The notes below the pieces were generated by a model, which was not told the DNA's origin, made no database searches, and saw nothing but the letters and a program-made list of their open reading frames with translations. A DNA stretch of 59,402 nt. Origin: Actinomycetales bacterium (lineage in GTDB: Bacteria; Actinomycetota; Actinomycetes; Actinomycetales; CAVURS01). Positions 1 to 8,043 of this stretch are shown here, piece by piece. Made by a program: the position numbers and the translations under genes. Each line of letters opens with the position of its first letter. The first letter of the stretch is position 1. The stretch lies in assembly GCA_045807245.1 (NCBI GenBank), contig JBJMHS010000040.1:1-59402 (forward strand). Direction: 5' to 3'.

Positions 1-83
1 CCCTGCATCTCCTGCTCGACGTCGATGTCGACGATGCGCTCGGTGAAGTCCTCAGGGGGTGGGGGCGGAGTACGGCGGGCCAT
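1..83 (-). CDS. parC: DNA topoisomerase IV subunit A (GyrA/ParC family), N-terminal fragment running off the window edge
   Basis: Not in the ORF track. Minus strand from ATG at 83 reads MARRTPPPPPEDFTERIVDIDVEQEMQG, matching the actinobacterial topo IV A N-terminus (I.DIDV..EMQ.S). Confidence 0.8.
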   Translation of the reverse strand, partial: MARRTPPPPPEDFTERIVDIDVEQEMQ

Positions 84-119
84 GCGCCCCATCATCGCCG
101 AGCCGGGCCCGGGCGCTGG

Positions 120-767
120 TCAGGCGCCCCGGTGCACCGACTCGGCCGCCTGGTACGGCGTGCCGAACCGGCCCTCGTGGGCGACCACCTCGAGCCCGCG
201 CCGGCCCCGCTTGAGGCTGGGTGAGCGGCGGTCCGGGGCGGCGTACCCGACCGAGACCACCCCGACGGGCGTGCGGTTGGCGGGGATGCCGAACGCCTGC
301 CGCAGGTCGCCGTGACGGGCCGGCGGGACGCCGAAGAAGCAGGAGCCCAGACCCAGGTCGACGGCCGTGAGCAGCATCAGCAGCGCGGCCATGCCGGTGT
401 CCACGTCCCAGTACGGCACCGGCCACCGGGCCTCGTCCCGGTCGGTCCAGCCCTTGTCCGGCTCGGCGTACCGGTCCAGATAGTGGTCCTTGTCGGAGAG
501 GCAGACCACGAGCAGGGGGGCGCTCAGCAGGCCCCGCAGCCAGTCGTCGGGGCCGTCCTCGTCGGCCGGATCCACCGTGGCGGTCCAGAACCGGTCGCGG
601 TCCTGCTTGCTGCGCAGTACGAGGAAGTCCCAGCCCTGGCTGAACCCCGCGCTGGGGGCACGGACCGCGTTGTGCAGCAAGGCATCCACGACTGCGGCCG
701 CGACCGGGCGATCCGGATCGTAGGCCCGCACCATGCGCCGGCGGCGGATCACCTCGGAGAGCTCCAT
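120..767 (-). CDS. Nitroreductase family protein
   Basis: RRRRMVRAY, RAPSAGFSQGW and GLGSCFFG FMN-binding motifs. Confidence 0.9.
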   Translation of the reverse strand: MELSEVIRRRRMVRAYDPDRPVAAAVVDALLHNAVRAPSAGFSQGWDFLVLRSKQDRDRFWTATVDPADEDGPDDWLRGLLSAPLLVVCLSDKDHYLDRYAEPDKGWTDRDEARWPVPYWDVDTGMAALLMLLTAVDLGLGSCFFGVPPARHGDLRQAFGIPANRTPVGVVSVGYAAPDRRSPSLKRGRRGLEVVAHEGRFGTPYQAAESVHRGA

Positions 768-790
768 CCGGCCACCGTAGGCTCTGCGGT

Positions 791-1588
791 GTGACGACGA
801 GCCTCGGGTTGCTGCCGGCGTTGCTGGCCGACCTGGCTGACGAAAGCGACGTGCTGGACGCCCGTGTCGCAGCGCTGCCCCCGTCCGGCTGGGCGACCCA
901 GACCCCTGCTCCAGGTTGGACGATCGCCCACCAGATCGGGCATCTGGCCTGGACGGACGACCAGGCGTTGCTCGCGATCCGCACCCCGGCCGAGTTCACC
1001 AGCACGCTGCGCAAGGCCACCGCCGTCCTCGGTGGGGCCGTCGAGACCGGAGCGGAGGAGGCCGCGCAGACGCGGCCGGCCGAGCTGCTCGCGCGCTGGC
1101 GGCAGGGTCGCGCCGACGTGCTGCGGGAGCTGGAGGAGCTGCCCCCAGGGGAGCGCATCCCGTGGTACGGACCGCCGATGTCCGCGTCCTCACTCGTGAC
1201 GGCTCGGCTGATGGAGACCTGGGCCCACGGCCTCGACGTGGCCGATGCGCTGGGACAGCCCCGCAGCATCACGTCCCGGCTGCGGCATGTGGCCCACCTC
1301 GGGGTCCGCACCCGGGACTACTCGTTCGCCGTCCACGGCCTGGCGCCGCCGCGGGCGGAGTATCGCGTCGAGCTGGTCGGCCCGGCAGGTGAGGTGTGGA
1401 CCTGGGGACCGGACGAGGCTCCGGAACGGCTCAGCGGCGACGCCCTCGACTTCGCGCTGCTCGTGACCCAGCGGATCCATCGCGACGACACGGGGCTGCG
1501 GGCCGAGGGCGACAGTGTCCGGCACTGGCTGGAGATCGCCCAGGCCTTCGCGGGACCGCCGGGGCAGGGCCGGCCCTCTGGCGGCTAG
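791..1588 (+). CDS. TIGR03084-type metal-binding protein (MDMPI/DinB-like)
   Basis: TPAPGWTIAHQIGHLAW, RLMETWAHGLD and QAFAGPPG motifs. Confidence 0.85.
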   Translation: MTTSLGLLPALLADLADESDVLDARVAALPPSGWATQTPAPGWTIAHQIGHLAWTDDQALLAIRTPAEFTSTLRKATAVLGGAVETGAEEAAQTRPAELLARWRQGRADVLRELEELPPGERIPWYGPPMSASSLVTARLMETWAHGLDVADALGQPRSITSRLRHVAHLGVRTRDYSFAVHGLAPPRAEYRVELVGPAGEVWTWGPDEAPERLSGDALDFALLVTQRIHRDDTGLRAEGDSVRHWLEIAQAFAGPPGQGRPSGG

Positions 1589-1622
1589 CTGCAGCCGAGA
1601 CGGCGCTCGGTTCCGGCGGCGG

Positions 1623-3374
1623 TCAGGACCTCAGGCCGGGAAGGTCGTCCTCCCAGTACTCGGCCTCGGTGATCCGCAGGTCGACGTCCGACCCGTCGCC
1701 GTGCTCCGTGGTCTCGCGCCCGCGCAGCTCGACCCGGCGGATCTTGCCGGAGATGGTCTTCGGCAGCTCGGCGAACTCGATCCGGCGGATCCGCTTGTAC
1801 GGCGCCAGGTGGTCGCGACAGTACGCCAGGATCGACGCCGCCGTCTCGGCGTCCGGCTCGTGTCCGGCGGCCAGGACGACGTACGCCTTGGGCACCGCGA
1901 GCCGGGTCGGGTCGGGTGAGGGGACGACGGCCGCCTCGGCCACGGCCGGGTGTTCGATGAGGACGGACTCCAGCTCGAACGGGCTGATCCGGTAGTCCGA
2001 GGCCTTGAAGACGTCGTCGGTGCGGCCCACATAGGTGATGTAGCCGTCCTCGTCGCGGGCAGCGACGTCGCCCGTGTGGTAGGCGCCACCCCGCATGACC
2101 TCCTCGGTCCGCTCCTCGTCGTCGCGGTACCCGACCATGAGCCCCACCGGACGGCCGAGCGGGCCGTCGAGGCGCAGGCAGATCTCACCCTCGCTGCGCT
2201 CCTCGGCGGTGAGCGGGTCGAGGAGGACGACGTCGTACCCGGGCATGGGCCGGCCCATCGAGCCGGGTTTGAGCGGCTGGCCCGGGGAGTTGCCGATCTG
2301 CAGGGTCGTCTCGGTCTGGCCGAAGCCGTCCCGGATCGTGACGCCCCAGGCTTTCTCGACCTGCTCGATCACCTCAGGATTCAGCGGCTCTCCCGCGCCG
2401 ACGACCTCGCGGAGCGGGATGCGACCGCGGAAGGCGCCGAGATCCGCCTGCACCAGCATCCGCCACACCGTCGGTGGAGCGCAGAAAGTCGTTGTGCCGC
2501 AACGCTCCATGGCCTCCATGAGACCGACCGCGTCGAACCTCGGCTGGTTGACGATGAGGACGGTCGCTTCGGCGTTCCACGGTGCGAAGACGTTGCTCCA
2601 CGCGTGCTTGGCCCAGCCCGGCGAAGAGATGTTGAGGTGCACGTCGCCGGGCCGCAGCCCGATCCAGTACATCGTCGTCAGGTGCCCGATCGGGTACGAC
2701 GCGTGCGTCTGCTCGACCAGCTTGGGCTGGGCCGTCGTACCGGAGGTGAAGTAGAGCAGCAGCGTCTCGTGCGCCATCGTCGCGACTTCGGGCTGGAACG
2801 ACTCCAGGTGCTCGAACGATGCGCCGTAGTCGAGCCAGCCTTCGACGTCGTCGCCGACCGCAATCCGCGTCCAGCTGCCGGAGAGCTCGCCGAACTTCGG
2901 CGCATCCTCGCTGCGCGCCACGACGTGCCGCACGTGTCCCCGTTCGATCCGGTCGCGCAGGTCTGTGGTCGCGAGCAGGGTCGAGGCGGGGATGACGACG
3001 ACACCGAGCTTGATGCACGCCAGGACCGTCTCCCAGAGCTCGACCTGGTTGCCGAGCATCAACAGCAAGCGGTCGCCGCGGTCCACGCCTTCGGCCCGCA
3101 GCCAGGCGGCCAGCTGGCTCGAGCGACCGGACATCTCGCCGTAGGAGACGGAGGTCTCGGAGCCGTCGGCCTCGACCACGCGCAGGGCGGCCCGGCTGCG
3201 CGTCGGCTCCTCAGCGGCGACCTGGTCGAACCAGTCGAGCGCCCAGTTGAACTGCTCGGGGCGCGGGGGCACGAACCGCTCGCGGGCCGCGGCGTAGTCC
3301 TCGCGCAGCTCGATCAGCAGGTCACGGGCCGCGCGGAACGCCTGGCTCGCTGAGCTCGGGTCGGATGTCGTCAT
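1623..3374 (-). CDS. AMP-forming acyl-CoA synthetase (short/medium chain)
   Basis: YFTSGTTAQPK, DGFGQTET, YHTGD and LPKTISGKIRR motifs. Start trimmed to ATG 3374 (MTTSDP), preceded by a CAGGGT -10-like hexamer. Confidence 0.92.
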   Translation of the reverse strand: MTTSDPSSASQAFRAARDLLIELREDYAAARERFVPPRPEQFNWALDWFDQVAAEEPTRSRAALRVVEADGSETSVSYGEMSGRSSQLAAWLRAEGVDRGDRLLLMLGNQVELWETVLACIKLGVVVIPASTLLATTDLRDRIERGHVRHVVARSEDAPKFGELSGSWTRIAVGDDVEGWLDYGASFEHLESFQPEVATMAHETLLLYFTSGTTAQPKLVEQTHASYPIGHLTTMYWIGLRPGDVHLNISSPGWAKHAWSNVFAPWNAEATVLIVNQPRFDAVGLMEAMERCGTTTFCAPPTVWRMLVQADLGAFRGRIPLREVVGAGEPLNPEVIEQVEKAWGVTIRDGFGQTETTLQIGNSPGQPLKPGSMGRPMPGYDVVLLDPLTAEERSEGEICLRLDGPLGRPVGLMVGYRDDEERTEEVMRGGAYHTGDVAARDEDGYITYVGRTDDVFKASDYRISPFELESVLIEHPAVAEAAVVPSPDPTRLAVPKAYVVLAAGHEPDAETAASILAYCRDHLAPYKRIRRIEFAELPKTISGKIRRVELRGRETTEHGDGSDVDLRITEAEYWEDDLPGLRS

Positions 3375-3406
3375 GCCTCGGACCCTGGCACCGCGACCCG
3401 GACCGG

Positions 3407-4459
3407 TCAACGCGGGGGTCGGTGAACCTGATGGCCCGCCAGGGCCTCGACCGCGGCCCCGAACACGGGTGGAAGCCCTCGCGCCGCCGTGACGATGTGC
3501 CGCCGCAGGACGGTGGGCCGCGAGGACACCACCAGCGTCGAGGTCAGCAGCCGGTAGCTGCGGGTCAGCCGGCGCCACTGGCGCTCGTAGGCAGCGGGCT
3601 GCCCCGCCATGACGGCGTCCACCGCCGCCTGAGCGCAGGCGAGACCCGTGCGGATGCCCTCGCCCGTCAAGGCGTCGACGTACCCGGCGGCGTCCCCGAC
3701 CAGCAGCACGCGGCCAGCCACGCGCTGCGGCACGCGCTGCCGGAGCGGTCCGGCGCCCCGGGCCGGTGTGGTCCACTGCGCGCCCGCCAGCCGCTCGCGC
3801 AGGGTAGGGATGCCCGCGAGCAGCCCCTCATGCGAGGCCCCCGGCGGCCCCAGGACAGCGATCCCGACCAGGTCAGGTGCCACGGGGGTCACGTACGCCT
3901 CGGCCTGCGGACCCCAGTGCACCTCGACGTAGTCACTCCACGGCTGCGCGGCCAGGTGCCGGCGCTGCCCGTACCGCCGGTGGCTCACCGCACCGGTCGG
4001 ATCGAGCCCGACGAGATGGCGCACGGTCGAGTGCAGGCCGTCGCAGGCGAGCAGCCAGGAGGCCTGCACACCGTCGACGTCCACGCCGCCGGAGTCCTGG
4101 CTGACGCGCTCGACCCGCCCCTCGATCCGCTGCACGCCCAGCTCGTCGGCTCGAGCAGCGAGGCCCGACTGAAGCACCGTACGACGCACGCCAAGGCCCG
4201 GTCCGGCCCGAAAGGCGTGTCGCGCAACGCCTTTGGCGTCCACGTAGGCGATTCCGGAGAGCGGTACGCCGGCCGGCTCGACCCCGAGTCGACGCAACCC
4301 GGCCACTGCCCCCGGCATGAGCCCCTCTCCGCACGCCTTGTCGATCGCGCCCGTCCGGGGCTCCACGACGGCGACGGAGAGCCCGCGCAGTGCGGCCTCG
4401 ACCGCGCAGGCGAGCCCCACCGGACCGGCTCCGGCGACCAGCACGTCGTAGCGGGGCAT
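3407..4459 (-). CDS. FAD-dependent monooxygenase/oxidoreductase (SrsC-like)
   Basis: GAGPVG, DKACGEGLMP and LVGDAAGYVDALTGEG; third gene after a type III PKS and a methyltransferase. Confidence 0.85.
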   Translation of the reverse strand: MPRYDVLVAGAGPVGLACAVEAALRGLSVAVVEPRTGAIDKACGEGLMPGAVAGLRRLGVEPAGVPLSGIAYVDAKGVARHAFRAGPGLGVRRTVLQSGLAARADELGVQRIEGRVERVSQDSGGVDVDGVQASWLLACDGLHSTVRHLVGLDPTGAVSHRRYGQRRHLAAQPWSDYVEVHWGPQAEAYVTPVAPDLVGIAVLGPPGASHEGLLAGIPTLRERLAGAQWTTPARGAGPLRQRVPQRVAGRVLLVGDAAGYVDALTGEGIRTGLACAQAAVDAVMAGQPAAYERQWRRLTRSYRLLTSTLVVSSRPTVLRRHIVTAARGLPPVFGAAVEALAGHQVHRPPR

Positions 4460-4465
4460 CGGCGG

Positions 4466-4984
4466 TCAGCCGGCGGCGGCGAGCGCGCGTTGCTCCGTGG
4501 GGATGCGCACCGACAGCACCACCGCGTTGAGCACGGTGAAGACCAGCGCGGTCAGCCACGCTGTGTGGACGAGCGGAAGGGCGGCCACCTCCGCCACGAC
4601 CGCGACGTAGTTGGGATGCCGCATCAGCCGGTACGGCCCGCGCCGGACCAGGGGCAGCCCAGGCACGACCACGATCCGCGTGTTCCACTGCCGGCCGAGC
4701 GTCCGCACACACCACCAGCGCAGCGTCTGCGTTCCGGCGACGACCACGACCATCGACCACCCCAGCCAGGGCAGGAACGGGCGGTCGAACGCGTGCACCT
4801 CCACCACGCATGACACGAGCAGCAGCGTGTGGACGGCGGCCATGAACGGGTAGTGCCCGGCGCCCGTCTCCACCCCGCCGCGGGCCCGCGCCCAGGTCAG
4901 GTGGCGGGCGGATACGACCAGCTCGACGACGCGCTCGAGAGCCACGGCGGCGACGAGCACCGTGAACCAGCCGGTGCTGGTCAT
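4466..4984 (-). CDS. Isoprenylcysteine carboxyl methyltransferase family membrane protein (SrsB-like)
   Basis: Hydrophobic helices, LVRRGPYRLMRHPNY ICMT motif, C-terminal RIPTEQRAL. Confidence 0.9.
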   Translation of the reverse strand: MTSTGWFTVLVAAVALERVVELVVSARHLTWARARGGVETGAGHYPFMAAVHTLLLVSCVVEVHAFDRPFLPWLGWSMVVVVAGTQTLRWWCVRTLGRQWNTRIVVVPGLPLVRRGPYRLMRHPNYVAVVAEVAALPLVHTAWLTALVFTVLNAVVLSVRIPTEQRALAAAG

Positions 4985-4994
4985 GGACCGCTGC

Positions 4995-6098
4995 TCATGG
5001 ACTCTCGGCGGGCCAGCGGAGCAAGACGAGCTCGGCGCAGAACCCAGGACCCATGGCCATCAGAATGCCGTGCGGCGTAACGGGTTTCGGTCCTGCCTGC
5101 TCCAGTGACGCGTCCGACATCGTCTCGGCCAGGACGTGCAGGACCGACGCCGAGGAGAGGTTGCCCACCTCGGCCAGCGACTGCCATGACGCGTCCAATG
5201 CACCGCTCGGGAGCTCGAGGGACTCGTGCAGGGCCTCCAGGACTCGGGGCCCGCCCGGGTGCGCCACCCAGCGCCCGACATCGTCGCGGTCGAGGCCGTG
5301 CGCTGCCAGGAACGAGTCCAGCTCGGCGGGCAGGTGATCGCGCACGACGTCCGCGACGCCGGGTGACAGGACGATCCGGAACCCCGAGCCGCCGATGTCC
5401 CAGCCCATGACGCGCTCGGTGTCGGGGAAGAAGCGGCTGCGCGTCGCGACGACCTCGGGAGCCCGGCCGGACCAGCCGTGGCGCGCGGCGGCGCCGGTGC
5501 CGGCCATCACGACGGCGGCGGCGCCGTCGCCGAAGAGGCCGCTGCCCACGAGGTTGGCCATCGAGTCGTCGTCCGGCTGCACCGTCAGGGAGCAGAGCTC
5601 GACCGAGATCAGGACGGCGACGTCGTCGGGATGTCCGACCAGGTAGTCGTGCAGCCGGGCGATGCCGGCCGCGCCGGCTACGCAGCCGAGGCCGAAGACC
5701 GGGATGCGCTTGACGTCGTCGCGCAGTCCCACGCGCTGGACCAGACGTGCATCCAACGACGGCACGGCAACACCCGTGACCGAGGTCGACAGCACCACGT
5801 CGACCTCGCGCGCCGTCACCCCGGCCCGGTCCAAGGCCGTGCGCAGCGCGCGCTCGGCGAGCTCGAGGCCGACCTCGATGAAGGCGTCGTTGGCTGCCGT
5901 GAACCCGTCGAGTCCCTTGTAGTCCTCGATGGGCAGGGCCAGGTGGCGATGCCGGACCCCGCACGAGGTGTGCAAGCGGTCCAGGAGCTCGCGACGCTCC
6001 TGACCCAGACCGACCAGGTCGGCGAACATCGCAGTGAGGTCGGACTGCTGGTACCGGTGGGGTGCCGTGGCCGGAGCCACGGCGATGATCCGGCTCAC
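4995..6098 (-). CDS. Type III polyketide synthase (SrsA/alkylresorcinol synthase-like)
   Basis: Catalytic triad contexts GLGCVAG (Cys), AHPGG (His), GNLSSAS (Asn), plus LFGDGAAA and MGPGF. Start set at GTG 6098 after CACGAT-N6. Confidence 0.93.
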   Translation of the reverse strand: MSRIIAVAPATAPHRYQQSDLTAMFADLVGLGQERRELLDRLHTSCGVRHRHLALPIEDYKGLDGFTAANDAFIEVGLELAERALRTALDRAGVTAREVDVVLSTSVTGVAVPSLDARLVQRVGLRDDVKRIPVFGLGCVAGAAGIARLHDYLVGHPDDVAVLISVELCSLTVQPDDDSMANLVGSGLFGDGAAAVVMAGTGAAARHGWSGRAPEVVATRSRFFPDTERVMGWDIGGSGFRIVLSPGVADVVRDHLPAELDSFLAAHGLDRDDVGRWVAHPGGPRVLEALHESLELPSGALDASWQSLAEVGNLSSASVLHVLAETMSDASLEQAGPKPVTPHGILMAMGPGFCAELVLLRWPAESP

Positions 6099-6172
6099 TT
6101 GGCGATCGTGCCATGGCATCGGGCACCTGGCTCCGCGGAGGTTCGTCAGCCCAGGGCCGGGCTGCCGGTGGG

Positions 6173-7066
6173 TCAGGGCCGGGCCCCGAGCCGCGTGACC
6201 ACCGAGGCAGCGGCCCTGGTTGCCGTTCGCAGCGCCTGCTCCGGCCGTTCATCGTTGCCCCGCGCCGCCAGCCACGCCGCGGCGAACGCGTCTCCCGCGC
6301 CAGTGGTGTCGACGACCGGCCCGTCCGGGTCCGCAGCCGGCCCCGTCACTCCGCTGGGCACGGCCCGGCTGCACCACAGTGCCCCGTCCGGCCCGAGCTT
6401 GAGCACCACCTCGTCGTAGGTCGCCGTCAGCCGGGCCCCGACGACGCCCGGCACGCGGGAGCCGCACAGCACCTCGGCCTCGTCGAGGGTGACCAGCACC
6501 AGGTCGACGCCCTCGGTCATCGCGAGGAACTCCGGTCCACCGACGGCTTCGAGCGGAGCGGCGCTCGCGGGGTCCACCGAGGTGGGGACGCCCGCCTCCC
6601 GGGCCAGCCGCAGGGCCTGCTCGGCCGCATCTCGCGAGCCTGGGTTGAGCAGCGAGTAACCGGAGACGTGGACGTGAAAGGCGCTGCGCACGATGTCGGC
6701 CGGCAGGTCCTCGGGCCGCAGCATCGAGTTCGCCCCGGCGTCGGGCAGCATCGTCCGGTCGCCGTCATGGCCGACCAGCACGACGCACGTCCCGGTCGCC
6801 GCATCGTCGGTCAGCCGCACGCGTGCGTCCACCCCGGCCGCGAGGAGGGCGGCCTCAGCCTCCCGCCCGAACGGGTCGTCTCCCGCGACCCCCACGAACG
6901 TGACGGCTTCGCCCATGGCCGCCAGCCAGGCTGCGACGTTCGCACCGGCCCCGCCCTGACGGGTCGCGACGCGCGCGGACGTGTCCGAACCCAGGGCGAG
7001 CGGGTCGGTGACCGACGCGATCACGTCGGTCATCAGGTCACCGACGACGAGGAACCGCCCGCTCAT
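6173..7066 (-). CDS. PfkB/ribokinase family kinase, probable pseudouridine kinase
   Basis: GGAGANVA and DTTGAGDAF PfkB signatures; start overlaps the psuG stop. Confidence 0.85.
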   Translation of the reverse strand: MSGRFLVVGDLMTDVIASVTDPLALGSDTSARVATRQGGAGANVAAWLAAMGEAVTFVGVAGDDPFGREAEAALLAAGVDARVRLTDDAATGTCVVLVGHDGDRTMLPDAGANSMLRPEDLPADIVRSAFHVHVSGYSLLNPGSRDAAEQALRLAREAGVPTSVDPASAAPLEAVGGPEFLAMTEGVDLVLVTLDEAEVLCGSRVPGVVGARLTATYDEVVLKLGPDGALWCSRAVPSGVTGPAADPDGPVVDTTGAGDAFAAAWLAARGNDERPEQALRTATRAAASVVTRLGARP

Positions 7067-7989
7067 CGCCCTAGCGCCGCACGGGCGACCGCGATCCGGG
7101 CCGCCAGGTCCGCATTGCGCAGGACGATCGTCGTGTTGACCTGCAGCGAGGCGCCTTCGGTCTCGCGATGGAAGCGCGCCAGGAGGTACGGCGTGACCTC
7201 CTTGCCGTGGATGCCGTCGCGTTCCGCGGCAGCCAAGGACTCCAGCAGCACCCGGTCGTGCAGGCCCGGGTCGAGCTGCTGGTCCGGGGGCACCGGGTTG
7301 GCGACCACGAGCGCCGTACCGGTCGTTGCGAGGTCCTCGCGCGCGACCATCACGGCGGCAACGTCCTCGGGTGTGTCGACGCGGTGCTCGAGGGCGTACC
7401 CCGAGTCCGTGAGGTAGAAGCCCGGGAAGCGGTCGGTCCGATAACCCATGAGCGCAACGCCGTACGACTCCAGCCGCTCCAGGGTCGCGGGGACGTCCAG
7501 GATCGACTTCACTCCGGCGCAGACGACGGTCGTCGCCACCCGGGCCAGCGTGGACAGGTCTGCGGACTCGTCGTACGTGGTCCCTGCGCCGCGATGGACG
7601 CCGCCCAAGCCACCGGTGGCAAACACGGAGATCCCGACGAGTGCGGCGAGGTGGGCCGTCGAAGCCACGGTCGTCGCGCCGTACCCGTCCTTCGCCGCGA
7701 CCATCGCAAGATCGCGCGGGCTGACCTTCACCACGTCGTCGCGGCTGGCCACGGCCGTGAGCGCGTCGTCGTCGAGCCCGATCTGCACGCGCCCTGCGAC
7801 GACTGCGACCGTCGCCGGTACCGCGCCCGCGTCGCGAACGGTCTGCTCGATATCGCGGGCGACCCGCAGGTTGTCCGGCCGGGGCAGGCCGTGGCTGATG
7901 ATGGTCGACTCCAGTGCCACGACCGGCTGTCTTGTGGCGAGGGCCTCGGCGACCTCGGGCAGCACCTGCACCCGGTCCGCTCGCGTCAC
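7063..7989 (-). CDS. psuG: Pseudouridine-5'-phosphate glycosidase
   Basis: VALESTIISHGLP, ATTVAST, FATGGLGGVHRG, GVKSILD and GKEVTPYLL. The real gene is the last 308 aa of the long ORF; GTG 7989 follows TAGGGT-N7. Confidence 0.93.
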   Translation of the reverse strand: MTRADRVQVLPEVAEALATRQPVVALESTIISHGLPRPDNLRVARDIEQTVRDAGAVPATVAVVAGRVQIGLDDDALTAVASRDDVVKVSPRDLAMVAAKDGYGATTVASTAHLAALVGISVFATGGLGGVHRGAGTTYDESADLSTLARVATTVVCAGVKSILDVPATLERLESYGVALMGYRTDRFPGFYLTDSGYALEHRVDTPEDVAAVMVAREDLATTGTALVVANPVPPDQQLDPGLHDRVLLESLAAAERDGIHGKEVTPYLLARFHRETEGASLQVNTTIVLRNADLAARIAVARAALGR

Positions 7990-8043
7990 GCCGCCGACCC
8001 TACGGCTACCAACCGGCCGGCCCGGCGCCGATAGGGTCGAGCC

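Noticed and set aside
8007..8034. GCCGATAG as a second sigma28-type promoter
   Set aside because: The -35 position reads TACC rather than TAAA, and the overlapping TAGGGT-N6-GTG is better explained as a housekeeping leaderless promoter.
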